In this document: in pieces, positions 17,735 to 27,100 of the stretch
Layout: the number at the start of each line of letters is the position of its first letter
Numbering within the stretch: position 1 is the stretch's first letter
Assembly: GCA_963422395.1 (NCBI GenBank)
Contig: OY729431.1
Location: forward strand, 160,001 to 224,000
DNA: 64,000 bases
DNA from: Vicinamibacteria bacterium
GTDB taxonomy: Bacteria; Acidobacteriota; Vicinamibacteria; Marinacidobacterales; Marinacidobacteraceae
Direction: 5' to 3'
The notes under the pieces: model-generated
Database searches by the model: none
The model's input: only the letters and a program-made list of their open reading frames with translations
Told to the model about the DNA's origin: nothing
Translations under genes and position numbers: made by a program

Positions 17735-20700
17735 ATGAAAGTCACCGAGTACGCCATCCGACACCGGCTGTCGGTCTATTTCCTGATCCTCATCCTCTGT
17801 CTCGGAGGAGTCGGGGTCTATGTCTCGATGCCGCGGGAGTCGTTCCCCGAGGTCGAGATTCCCTTCGTCGTGGTGTACACCGTCTATCCGGGGGTGAGTC
17901 CCACCGATATGGAGACGCTGGTCACCCGCCCTATCGAAACCGAACTGAAAGCGGTCTCGGGGGTCAAGGAGATCCGTTCGACCACCAGCGAGGGGCTGTC
18001 CAGCATCGAGGTGGAGTTCAATCCGGAACAGGACCTCGAGACCGCGCTCGCGAATGTCCGGGAGAAAGTGGACCTCGCGAAGCCCGATTTGCCCCCCGAG
18101 GCCGAGGATCCCCGGGTCCAGGATGTGGACTTCTCGCAGCTCCCCATCCTGCTCGTGACCCTTTCGGGTCCGGTGGGGGTCCAGCAGCTCACCGAAGTCG
18201 CCGAGGAGATGCAGGAGGACATCGAGGCGCTCCCCGGAGTCAACCGGGTGAATGTGGTCGGCGGGAGGGAACGGGAGGTCCATGTACAGGTGGATCCCAA
18301 GCGGCTCTCGTTCTTCGAGCTGAGCCTCTCGGACCTGGTGATCGCAGTGGCCCGGGAGAACCGGAACGTTCCCGGCGGCGAGATCGCCGTCGGCGGGCTC
18401 GAATACCTCGTCCGACTCCCGGCGGAGGTGCGGAATCCGTCCGAGATCGAGGACTTCGTGATCAAGGTCCGGGACGGCGAACCGGTCTTCGTGCGCGATG
18501 TGGCGACCGTGGTCTTCGGGTTCGAAGACGAGTCCAGCCGCTCGCGGGTGGACCGGGAGCCCTCCGTCACCCTCAGCGTCGAAAAGCGCACCGGGGCGAA
18601 CCTCGTCTCGGTGGCAGACCTGGTGAACGCGGAAATCACCCGCTGGGACGAGCAGCTTCCTGCCGGGATCCGCGCCTCGGTGCTCGGAGACATCTCGGTC
18701 GAGATCCGGCGCATGGTGAACGAGCTGGAGAACAATGTGATCTCCGGGCTGCTGCTGGTGGTCGGCTGCCTGATGGCCTTCGTCGGGCTGCGGAACTCGT
18801 TCTTCGTCGGCGTGGCGATCCCTCTCTCGATGATGGCCTCGTTCCTGGTGCTCGGCTGGATCGGCTACACCCTGAACATGATGGTGCTGTTCAGCCTCAT
18901 CCTCATGTTGGGCATGCTGGTGGACAACGCGGTGGTGATCGTCGAAAACATCTACCGGCACCGCGAACAGGGCGCCCGCGGGCCGGCCGCGGCCTACGCG
19001 GCGACCACCGAGGTCGCCCGCCCGGTGATCGCTTCCACGATCACCACTCTGTGTGCGTTCTCCCCCCTGCTGATCTGGCCGGGGATCATCGGGGACTTCA
19101 TGTCCTATCTCCCGGTGACCCTCATCATCGGCCTCTCCGCGTCGCTCTTCGTGGCGCTCATCATCAACCCCACCCTCTGCGCCCACCTGATGAAGCCGCC
19201 GCGCCGCGGCGTCCGCAAGCCGGACGAGGAGCACGCCTTTCGGCGCGCCTACCGCCGGCTCCTCGAGTGGTCGCTCCGTCCGGGCGCCGATGCCGGAACC
19301 CGCGGCTGGTTCCTCCGGAACTGGGCGCTACCGGCGGCGTTCGTCCTGTTTCTCGGATTCGGCGCCACCCTGGCTCTCGCTGGCATGTTCTTCCAGACCG
19401 ACGCCCTGATGCCCGCAGTGGCGGGTTTCGCCGGGCTCGGGGTGCTGGCCTTCACCCTCCAGGGGATCCTGTGGTTCGGCTCGAGCCTGATCCGCCGTCT
19501 CTTCGGCTGGCCCCCGTACATCACCGATCACCGCTCCGGCTGGATCTGGACGATGTGCGCGATCCTGGTCGGAACGGTCGGGATCTACACCGTGGTCGGC
19601 AAGGGAGTGGAGTTGTTCCCCGAGGTGGAGCCGCGGCAGATCATCATCAGCGTGGACGCTCCGGCCGGATCGAGCCTCGCGAGCTCTGACGAGGTGGTGG
19701 GCCGTATCGAGGAGCTGACCACCGGCACGGTGGACATGAAGCACCAGATCGCCAATGTGGGCTCCACCGGCCTCAGCCTCACTCCGGATGCGGGGGGCGG
19801 TGGAGGCAGCCCGAACCAGAGCCGCGTTTCGCTCTACATGCAAGAGCGCGCCGACCGCACGGTCCGCGACACCTTCACCACCATGGAAGGGGTTCGAGAG
19901 TCTCTCGTCGACATCGTCGGGGCGAATATCAAGGTCGATGCTCCCCAGGACGGACCGCCCACCGGAGCTGCGGTCTCGGTGCGCATCCTCGGCGACGATC
20001 TGGACGAGATCACCCGGCTGGCCGAAGAGGTGCAGGCGCGGGTCCGGGGCATCGAGGGGCTCGTGAACCTCGACGACGACATCGAGGAGGGCAAGCCGGA
20101 ACTCCGGGTCGAGGTGGACCGCGAGGAGGCGATGCGTTCGGGGGTCAACACCCAGATCATCGCGGCCACCGTCCAGACCGGAATCCTCGGCGCCGAGGCG
20201 TCCAAGTACCGGATCGGAGAAGACGAACACGACATTCGGGTGCGGCTCGCCCCGGAAGCCCGGCGCTCCCTCGACGATATCGGCGAGCTCACCGTGCCCG
20301 ACGAGGACGGAGTGCCGGTCCCGATCCGGGCGGTGGCCGAGCTCCGCCACGGAGTGGGTCCAGCCGCAGTCCGCCGCGTCGATCTGAACCGGGTGGCGAC
20401 GATCCAAGGAGATGTGGTCCGCGAGTCCGGCCGCACCGAGGCGAGCGTGCGCGAGGAAGTGGCAGCGGAACTGGACGCGATGGACTGGCCGCCCGGCTAT
20501 CGCTGGGAATTCTCCGGCGCGAACCAGGAAGAGCAGATGGCGACCGAATTCCTGTCCCGCGCCTTCGTGATCGCTCTGCTGCTCATCCTGATGGTGCTGG
20601 TGACCCAGTTCGACTCGCTGGTGCTGCCGCTCGCCATCATCACCTCGGTGGCCCTCTCGGTGATCGGCGTCCTCTGGGGACTGATCCTCACCGGCACGGC

Positions 20701-21148
20701 GTTCGGGATCATCATGACCGGCATCGGGGTGATCTCGTTGGCCGGGATCGTGGTGAACAACGCCATCGTGCTCTGCGACTTCATCCGCCAGCTCCGAAAG
20801 AAGGGACTCAGCCGCCACGACGCAGTGGTGGAGGCGGGGTCCATCCGGCTCCGCCCGGTGCTTCTCACTGCGGTGACCACGGTGCTCGGGCTCGTTCCGC
20901 TGACCTTGGGACTGAACATCGATTTCTTCAGCCTCTCGGTGTCCACCGGAGGCGAGAGCTCCCAGTTCTGGGCTTCCATGGGCGTCGCGGTGATCTTCGG
21001 ACTGACCGTCGCCACCGTGCTCACCCTGGTGGTGGTACCGGTGACCTACGACAGCCTCGACGGCCTCTCGGAGGCGATCGCCGGCTATCGGGAGCGCCGG
21101 CGTGAAACGGGGCGCTCCGAAACCGGCGCACTTCCCGCCGACGCCTGA
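17735..21148 (+). CDS. RND efflux permease (AcrB/AcrD/AcrF family)
   Basis: MPRESFPEVEIP, YPGVSP..ME.LVTRPIE, LGMLVDNAVVIVENIYR, GIVVNNAIVLCD, RLRPVLLTAVTTVLGLVPL. Confidence 0.95.
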   Translation: MKVTEYAIRHRLSVYFLILILCLGGVGVYVSMPRESFPEVEIPFVVVYTVYPGVSPTDMETLVTRPIETELKAVSGVKEIRSTTSEGLSSIEVEFNPEQDLETALANVREKVDLAKPDLPPEAEDPRVQDVDFSQLPILLVTLSGPVGVQQLTEVAEEMQEDIEALPGVNRVNVVGGREREVHVQVDPKRLSFFELSLSDLVIAVARENRNVPGGEIAVGGLEYLVRLPAEVRNPSEIEDFVIKVRDGEPVFVRDVATVVFGFEDESSRSRVDREPSVTLSVEKRTGANLVSVADLVNAEITRWDEQLPAGIRASVLGDISVEIRRMVNELENNVISGLLLVVGCLMAFVGLRNSFFVGVAIPLSMMASFLVLGWIGYTLNMMVLFSLILMLGMLVDNAVVIVENIYRHREQGARGPAAAYAATTEVARPVIASTITTLCAFSPLLIWPGIIGDFMSYLPVTLIIGLSASLFVALIINPTLCAHLMKPPRRGVRKPDEEHAFRRAYRRLLEWSLRPGADAGTRGWFLRNWALPAAFVLFLGFGATLALAGMFFQTDALMPAVAGFAGLGVLAFTLQGILWFGSSLIRRLFGWPPYITDHRSGWIWTMCAILVGTVGIYTVVGKGVELFPEVEPRQIIISVDAPAGSSLASSDEVVGRIEELTTGTVDMKHQIANVGSTGLSLTPDAGGGGGSPNQSRVSLYMQERADRTVRDTFTTMEGVRESLVDIVGANIKVDAPQDGPPTGAAVSVRILGDDLDEITRLAEEVQARVRGIEGLVNLDDDIEEGKPELRVEVDREEAMRSGVNTQIIAATVQTGILGAEASKYRIGEDEHDIRVRLAPEARRSLDDIGELTVPDEDGVPVPIRAVAELRHGVGPAAVRRVDLNRVATIQGDVVRESGRTEASVREEVAAELDAMDWPPGYRWEFSGANQEEQMATEFLSRAFVIALLLILMVLVTQFDSLVLPLAIITSVALSVIGVLWGLILTGTAFGIIMTGIGVISLAGIVVNNAIVLCDFIRQLRKKGLSRHDAVVEAGSIRLRPVLLTAVTTVLGLVPLTLGLNIDFFSLSVSTGGESSQFWASMGVAVIFGLTVATVLTLVVVPVTYDSLDGLSEAIAGYRERRRETGRSETGALPADA

Positions 21149-21485
21149 CCGGCGGGGTCCCGGTCGGATCTTCCCGACCGGGAGCCGCTCGCTCCGCGGC
21201 ACGGCCGTGTGACTTCGTCCACGAGAGCTGGTTCGGCGGTTTGTCTCGGCTGCCCTGATCGAGGCGGGTCTTCACCCCCTTCGGGCGGGCGTTGCCAAGC
21301 GGTCCGCTCTCGTGCCCGCCAGCTCGCCGGGCCTTCCCCGACCCTGCCGTAATATCCGCGCCGACACCCGGATTCACAGGGGTGGAAAACCCGGGGAGGA
21401 GACCCGGGGTTCGGCTGGATGGGCGGAACGGCCGCCGCCCCTCCAAGAGTAGAGATCTGGAAGAGATCGAGTTTGCCTTAGTTCC

Positions 21486-21572
21486 GGAGGGGTGCAAGAG
21501 CGGCTGAATTGGCCAGCCCGGAAAGCTGGTGTACCGGCAACGGTACCGTGGGTTCGAATCCCACCCCCTCCG
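21486..21572 (+). tRNA. tRNA-Ser(GGA), prophage target
   Basis: Acceptor GGAGGGG/CCCCTCC; anticodon stem CCAGC/GCTGG with loop CCGGAAA; long variable arm GTACCG-GCAA-CGGTAC; T arm GTGGG-TTCGAAT-CCCAC; discriminator G. Confidence 0.95.
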
Positions 21573-21686
21573 CCGAACTGGCCTTGCGAAAGGTCATTCG
21601 GTTCCCCGAAATCGAGCCTTTCCCCACTGTTTTGGTGGTTTCCGACGAATTCGACGGCGAATTCTCCACAGACCGACTGATTTCCA

Positions 21687-21712
21687 AGCAAACACAACCC
21701 AAACACAAACAC
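21687..21712 (+). promoter_or_regulatory. Putative integrase arm-type sites, left end (CAAACAC x3)
   Basis: AGCAAACACAA 21687-21697, CAAACACAA 21700-21708, CAAACAC 21706-21712; perfect inverted copy at 53859-53869. Confidence 0.6.
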
Positions 21713-21745
21713 CTGAAGGATCGCCGCCCGGAACCTCGAGGCGCC

Positions 21746-23674
21746 ATGAGCGGCGGCCGCCCCCCGCTCCGCCACCACGAAGAGCTGACCCCCGAATTCG
21801 TCGAGGCGGCGCCGGAAGGGCGCTTCGACGACGGCAACGGCCTGGCGCTGTTCGTCGCGGAAGACGGCTCGCGCCGCTGGAAGCAGCAGCTCCGGCTCCG
21901 GGGCCGCGATTACTGGGTGGGCCTGGGCAACGCCGCGGTGATCCCGCTCGAAGAGGTGCGGGCGCTGGCGCTCGAGAACTTCGAGTCCGCCCGCCGCCGG
22001 GAGGAGGCCGAGAAGATCGAGAAGGAGACGGCGCCGGAGCAGGAGCAGGCGGTCCAGGCCCCGGCCGAGCCCGCCCGCCGCCCGCGGCGGCGGCGGAAGC
22101 TCTGCGACGAGCTCACCGTCGAGCGCATCGAGCAGAACCCGGCGGGGCGCTACGCCGACGGGCGGGGCCTCCACCTGAGCATCTCCCCGACGGGGGTGCG
22201 CCGCTGGTACCAGGTGGTCACCTCCCGCGGGAAGACGCACCGGATCGACCTCGACCTGTATCCGAAGGTTTCGCTCGCGGCGGCGCGGGCGCGGGCGCTC
22301 GAGAACTGGGAGATCGCCCGCGCCGGCGGCGACCTCTCCGGCCGGGACGCCACCGGGCTGACGCTCTCGCAGAAGCGGAGCATCGCCGCCCGGCAGGCGG
22401 CGGCCTGGCGGGACTACGCGCTGACGCTCAGCGAGGAGATCGTCGAGCAGGCGCCGCCGGGGCGCCACCCGGACGGCAACGGGCTGGCGCTGGTGGTCTC
22501 CAACCGCGGGGTGCGGCACTGGAATCAGCGGCTGGTCATCGACGGGCGGACGCGCTCCTTCGGCCTGGGGAGCACTGCGGATCTCTCGCTCGCGGCGGCG
22601 CGGGAGCTGGCGCAGAAGAACCGGGAGATCGCCGGCGAAGGCCGGGATCCGCGGCGGAAGCTGCCGATCCGCTGGGCCGGCAGCCGCGGGCCGGCCGGGA
22701 CGACGGGCCGCCGCGGCGCTGCCCTCGTCCGCCGGGCGATCCGGGCCGCGGGCCAGGGGGTTTCGCTCGCGGAGGCGATGACCTTCGAGCAGGCGGCGGC
22801 GGCGGTGCTCGATCTGCACCGCGACAGCTGGGTGAAGAAGCACATCGAGGAATGGGAGTCCGCGCTGCGGCGCTTCGTCTTCCCGAACCTGGGGGTGTTG
22901 CCGATCTCGAAGATCACCCCGCAGCAGGTGGTCGAGGTGCTCCGCCCGATCTGGCGGGATCGGCCGGTGACCGCGCAGCGGGTGCGGCAGCGGATGGGGC
23001 TGGTGTTCCGCTGGGCGCAGGCGACCGGCATCCGCCCCGACGACCCGGCGGCGGCGGCGAATGTGATGCTGCCGCGGCAACGGCACCAGGTTCGGCACTT
23101 CAAGGCGCTGCCCCACGCCGAGGTGCGGGAAGTGATCGCCCGGGTGCGAGCCGCGCCGTCCGCCGCCGCCGTCCGGCAGGGGCTCGAATTCCTGATTCTG
23201 ACCGCCGCGCGCTCCGGCGAAGTGCGGCGGGCCAGCTGGGGGGAGATCGACATGACGCAGCGGCTCTGGACGGTGCCGGCGGAGCGGATGAAGGCGAAGC
23301 GCCAGCACCGGGTGCCGCTGGCGCCCGCAGCCGTCGCGCTCCTCGTCGAGGCGGGCGGCGGCCAGGGGAAGAAGCCGGACAGCGCGCTGCTCTTCCCCAG
23401 CTCGAGCGGGGCCCCGCTCTCCGACGGGACCTTCGGGAAGCTGCTCCGCTCCCTCGAGGTCGCGGCGGTGCCGCACGGTTTCCGCACCAGCTTCCGCACC
23501 TGGTGCGCGGAGAAGACCCCCTTCCCCCGCGAGGTCGCCGAACGGGCGCTCGCCCACATCGTCCGCGACGCCACCGTGGCGGCTTACGACCGCTCCGACC
23601 TACTCGCCAAGCGTCGCGAGCTGATGGAGCTGTGGTCCCACTATGTGCAGCCGATCCGGAGGCTCTTCAGGTGA
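21746..23674 (+). CDS. int: P4-type tyrosine integrase with three N-terminal arm-DNA-binding domains
   Basis: Three G..DG.GL.L.....G.R.W repeats; catalytic residues in TAARSGE, MKAKRQHRVPL, PHGFRTSFRTW, LAH, AAYDR. Confidence 0.95.
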   Translation: MSGGRPPLRHHEELTPEFVEAAPEGRFDDGNGLALFVAEDGSRRWKQQLRLRGRDYWVGLGNAAVIPLEEVRALALENFESARRREEAEKIEKETAPEQEQAVQAPAEPARRPRRRRKLCDELTVERIEQNPAGRYADGRGLHLSISPTGVRRWYQVVTSRGKTHRIDLDLYPKVSLAAARARALENWEIARAGGDLSGRDATGLTLSQKRSIAARQAAAWRDYALTLSEEIVEQAPPGRHPDGNGLALVVSNRGVRHWNQRLVIDGRTRSFGLGSTADLSLAAARELAQKNREIAGEGRDPRRKLPIRWAGSRGPAGTTGRRGAALVRRAIRAAGQGVSLAEAMTFEQAAAAVLDLHRDSWVKKHIEEWESALRRFVFPNLGVLPISKITPQQVVEVLRPIWRDRPVTAQRVRQRMGLVFRWAQATGIRPDDPAAAANVMLPRQRHQVRHFKALPHAEVREVIARVRAAPSAAAVRQGLEFLILTAARSGEVRRASWGEIDMTQRLWTVPAERMKAKRQHRVPLAPAAVALLVEAGGGQGKKPDSALLFPSSSGAPLSDGTFGKLLRSLEVAAVPHGFRTSFRTWCAEKTPFPREVAERALAHIVRDATVAAYDRSDLLAKRRELMELWSHYVQPIRRLFR

Positions 23675-23704
23675 GCGGCGGCGGGGGGCGGCGGGGGCGC
23701 TGAC

Positions 23705-23869
23705 ATGCCGCGGGCGAAGGAATACCGCGCCCGCCGGTCGGCGGGGATATGCGTCGAGTGCCCGACCGGCACCGCGGCCTCGCGCTGCCCCGAGTGCCGC
23801 CGGCGCGAACGGCTGCGGTCGCGGGCGAAGGCGCGGAGCGAGCGGTCGCGGGGGAAGTCGCGGCGATGA
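23705..23869 (+). CDS. Small basic zinc-finger protein (54 aa, not in the ORF track)
   Basis: MPRAKEYRARRSAGICVECPTGTAASRCPECRRRER...; ATGA overlap with the next gene; resembles the repeats in 26228-26584. Confidence 0.6.
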   Translation: MPRAKEYRARRSAGICVECPTGTAASRCPECRRRERLRSRAKARSERSRGKSRR

Positions 23870-24252
23870 CGATCGCAGCGGCGAGGGCGCTCGTCGCCGC
23901 CACCGACAACGAGCGCTCCGCTCCGCAGTTCAGCGAAGAGCTGCGCGAGGAGCTCCGCCGCATCCTCGACCCGAAGCCCTTTCCGATGCCTGGGCATCGG
24001 ATCCGGGTGCACTGCCGCAGCTGCGGGGCCGAGGACTGGGAAACCTGCCCGCCATCGCCGCCGATGTGCTCGCAACTGACCTGGTTCTGCGGGCCGTGCC
24101 GGCACGACTGGAACCTGCCGTCGCCGGCATTCGCCCTCCCTACCGGGCGCTACCTGTCGGTTCCCGAATACCAGGCGCGGTACCGGCGCACCCAGGAGAA
24201 GCGGCGGCTGCTGGCCGAGGCGCCCGGGATGCTGGCGGGGGCAGGCGGCTGA
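23866..24252 (+). CDS. Hypothetical protein with a zinc-ribbon motif (CRSC...CGPC)
   Basis: Coupled start and stop overlaps at both ends; N-terminal module shared with 27802-28182. Confidence 0.65.
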   Translation: MTIAAARALVAATDNERSAPQFSEELREELRRILDPKPFPMPGHRIRVHCRSCGAEDWETCPPSPPMCSQLTWFCGPCRHDWNLPSPAFALPTGRYLSVPEYQARYRRTQEKRRLLAEAPGMLAGAGG

Positions 24253-26231
24253 TGCCGGCGTTCGCGGCGGCGATCAGGGCGCTTTCGGCCGCCGGCGCCC
24301 AGCTGGTGCGGCTCGACTCCGCCAAGAAACCGATCGATCGCCGCTGGCTGAAACAGGGGTGCCGCCCCGAAGCGGCGGCCCGCCACCTGGCGGCGCCGGG
24401 GGGCGGCCTCCTCGGCCTGATCCCGGCCTCGGTCGGGGCGCTGGTGGTGGACCTGGACCGGGGGGCGGCGGCGGAGGTCGAGGAGCGCCTGGGCCAGTCG
24501 GCAGCCGCCCGGCTGCCCAGCCGGCGGGCCGGCGGGGCGCACCTGTTCTATCGGGCGGCGGCAGGGCTCTGGTGCGGGAACAAACAATTCCGCCTTCCCG
24601 GCGGCGCCGGCGGGGAGATTCGCCACGCGAACGGCTGCGTGGCACTCCACGCCCTGGCCGAAGTGCCGCGGGCGCTGACCGCGCTCGCCGTCGCCGCGCC
24701 GCTCTCCCCGGACCGCCTCGACCTGCTGCTCGAAGGCAGCGGCTCCGCCGGCGCCGGGCGGACGGCGCCCGCGCTCCACGGCCCGGAGGCGGTCCTGGCG
24801 GCGGCGAAGGGCGAGCGGAACCTGCGGCTGAACGGCGAGGCGTTCCGCGAAGCGCGGCGCGGCTCGCTGACGCCCGAGCGCCGAGCCGCCTACCGGGCGG
24901 CGGCGGTCGCCTCCGGGCTGCCTCCGGAGGAGGCGGCCCGCACGCTGGACAACGCCGAGCGCGGCGCGAAGAAGAAGGCGGGGACGAGAGCGGCAGGAAT
25001 TCCCTCTGGGCCCGCTGCCCACCGCCCGGCGCCCCCCGCTGCCGGCGAGACGGCGCCCCGAGCAGCAGCGACGGCACCCGCCGCCGGAGCGGCGCTGCTC
25101 GACCGTCTCGCCGAAGAGTTCGCGCGGGTGGCGCCGCTGCCGCCCGGAGGGAGCGCGGCGCTGGCGCTGTGGGCGGTTTCCACCTGGACGGTCGAACGCT
25201 TCCCGGTGGCGCCGCTGCTGTTGCTGCTGGCCTCGGCCCGCCGCCGCCCCGCCGGCGAGAAGGCGATCCTCGAAGCCCTCGCCGCCGTGGTCCGCGAGCC
25301 GCAGCCGATCTCCGGGATCGTCGATCCCGCCGGTCTCTACGCGGCGGCTGACCCATCTGGCCCCGGCGCCGGCAGCAGCCTGCGCCCGCCGACCGGCCTG
25401 CTCCACGAAGTGGGGCGGCGCGGCGCGCCGCTGCGGAAGGCGCTGCGGGAAGCGCTGCGGGATGGTGCGTTCCGCCGGTGGCAGGTTCGGGGGGAGGGGG
25501 CGCGGACGGCGTTCGCGGCGCGGGCGGTGGGGCTTTGCCGCGGGAAGGCGCCGGAGGAACTCGCGCCGCTCGCGGTGACGCTGCAGCTGCCGGGGCTGCG
25601 TCCGGCGGCGGCGCCGTCGTTGTTTCGCGTGGAACCTCCGGCGGCCTTCTCGCGGGCGCTCGCCGGTGCGGCAGAGGCGGCGGCGGCGGCGCTCGCTCCC
25701 GCCCTCGCTCCCGACGGCCGCTCTCCCGACGGGGTTCCCGACGGGATTCCGCAGTCCTGGGGGCCGCTGCTCGCGCTCGCCGCGGCGGCGGGCGCCGGCT
25801 GGCGGCAGCGCGCCCGGCGGGCGGCGGAGGCCGTCGCCCGGCAGCATCCGAACAGCCCCTGGACGGCGGTGCTGGTCGCGGATCTGCGGGCGCTCGCGGC
25901 GGCGCGCGGCGCGGAATGGCCCGACCTGGGGCGCTTCCTGGCCACCGAGGACGCGCTCGCCGGGCTGGCGGCGATGCCGGGGCGCCCCTGGGCCGCCTGG
26001 AGCGGCGGGGTCGCCATCACCTCGCAGGCGGTGCGCCGCCTGCTCTACCCGGCGGGGATCGGAGCCGTCCGCGAGCCTTGCAGCTCGGTTGCTCGCCGCC
26101 ACGGCCGGCGCCGGCGCGGCTACCGCCTCGCCGACCTGCGGCTGCCGGCGGAGTGGGAGCAGCCGGGCAGCGGCAGCGCCGGCGAAGCAGCAGCAGCAGC
26201 GGCCCCCGAGCCGGCGGGCGGCCCGCGATGA
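24252..26231 (+). CDS. Bifunctional primase-polymerase (Prim-Pol) with PriCT-like and DUF3631-like domains
   Basis: LVVDLD, GGAHLFY, GEIR; GERNLRLNGEAF (PriCT-like); ALALWAVSTW..RFPVAP; C-terminal PWAAW...ITSQAVRRLL..AGI...RRGYRLADL. Confidence 0.78.
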   Translation: MPAFAAAIRALSAAGAQLVRLDSAKKPIDRRWLKQGCRPEAAARHLAAPGGGLLGLIPASVGALVVDLDRGAAAEVEERLGQSAAARLPSRRAGGAHLFYRAAAGLWCGNKQFRLPGGAGGEIRHANGCVALHALAEVPRALTALAVAAPLSPDRLDLLLEGSGSAGAGRTAPALHGPEAVLAAAKGERNLRLNGEAFREARRGSLTPERRAAYRAAAVASGLPPEEAARTLDNAERGAKKKAGTRAAGIPSGPAAHRPAPPAAGETAPRAAATAPAAGAALLDRLAEEFARVAPLPPGGSAALALWAVSTWTVERFPVAPLLLLLASARRRPAGEKAILEALAAVVREPQPISGIVDPAGLYAAADPSGPGAGSSLRPPTGLLHEVGRRGAPLRKALREALRDGAFRRWQVRGEGARTAFAARAVGLCRGKAPEELAPLAVTLQLPGLRPAAAPSLFRVEPPAAFSRALAGAAEAAAAALAPALAPDGRSPDGVPDGIPQSWGPLLALAAAAGAGWRQRARRAAEAVARQHPNSPWTAVLVADLRALAAARGAEWPDLGRFLATEDALAGLAAMPGRPWAAWSGGVAITSQAVRRLLYPAGIGAVREPCSSVARRHGRRRRGYRLADLRLPAEWEQPGSGSAGEAAAAAAPEPAGGPR

Positions 26232-26584
26232 AAGGCGGCAAGACCGGCGGCAGCTGCGCAAACTGCCCTCGGCCTGTCCAGCAGGGCCGCACCCGGTGTT
26301 TTCGCTGTGCGCTCCGCGCTGCCGAGAAGGAAAGGCGAAGGCGCCAGGAGCGGAAGGATCTGGGGCTCTGCGCACAGTGCGCCGATCCCCAGATCCGCGG
26401 GACGAGCCGCTGCCGCAAGCACCTGCAGATCAACGCCGAAAGGCGTTTCCAAGAGCGGCGCCGACTGCGCGGGGGACCCCCGCGGGCCCCTGACAACTCG
26501 AACCATCCGTGGAGGAGGGCCGAGGCCGCCTCCTGGGCCGCCCGGAAGCCCGCCCGGGAAGCCCGCCCGCCGCATGATGGATGA
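26228..26584 (+). CDS. Double zinc-finger protein
   Basis: CANC-x10-CFRC and CAQC-x10-CRKH; ATGA overlap with the Prim-Pol stop. Confidence 0.7.
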   Translation: MKGGKTGGSCANCPRPVQQGRTRCFRCALRAAEKERRRRQERKDLGLCAQCADPQIRGTSRCRKHLQINAERRFQERRRLRGGPPRAPDNSNHPWRRAEAASWAARKPAREARPPHDG

Positions 26585-27089
26585 CCAGCACGGCGCATAC
26601 GAGGCCGCGTACACGCACGCGACCGAGGTCGCGGCGCGCATTCGGAAAGGGGAAAAGCGAGAGCTCGACGAGCTCGATCTGGCTCACTACACCCTCGCAA
26701 TGGCCCGACGCCGGGGGGTCCAGCGAATGATCCACCGGGGCCTGCTCCGCCGGCGCCGGCTCACCGAGCTGCTGACTCCGGAGTGCCTACGCCCCCCGAA
26801 CTTCGAAGAACGGGTCGCGCTGCAGCGGGCGCAGGAGACCGCTTGGGCGAAGCGGAAGCAGCAGCCCGCCCCCCGACCCCTGAACTCCGCCCCAGTGAAC
26901 ACGACCTGGCGAGCCCGGCCATGCGTCGAGCTCGACGCCACCGCCGACAAGTGGCTCTTCGCCTGCGAGGACGGAACCCCTTTGGTCCAGTCCGAAGACG
27001 CCGCCCGCAAACGGCGGGTCTTCATGGATTCCCTGGAACTCCAGCAGAGAGCGAAACGCATACAGCGTCATGCTCCTCGACTCTGGTGA
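26574..27089 (+). CDS. Hypothetical phage protein
   Basis: Natural-looking ORF (MMDDQHGAYEAAY...) overlapping its neighbours in the operon. Confidence 0.55.
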   Translation: MMDDQHGAYEAAYTHATEVAARIRKGEKRELDELDLAHYTLAMARRRGVQRMIHRGLLRRRRLTELLTPECLRPPNFEERVALQRAQETAWAKRKQQPAPRPLNSAPVNTTWRARPCVELDATADKWLFACEDGTPLVQSEDAARKRRVFMDSLELQQRAKRIQRHAPRLW

Positions 27090-27100
27090 GCGACCGCGCC

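Noticed and set aside
21509-21745. Integrase start at 21509 as given by the ORF track
   Set aside because: It lies inside tRNA-Ser and crosses attL; ATG 21746 starts just before the first arm domain
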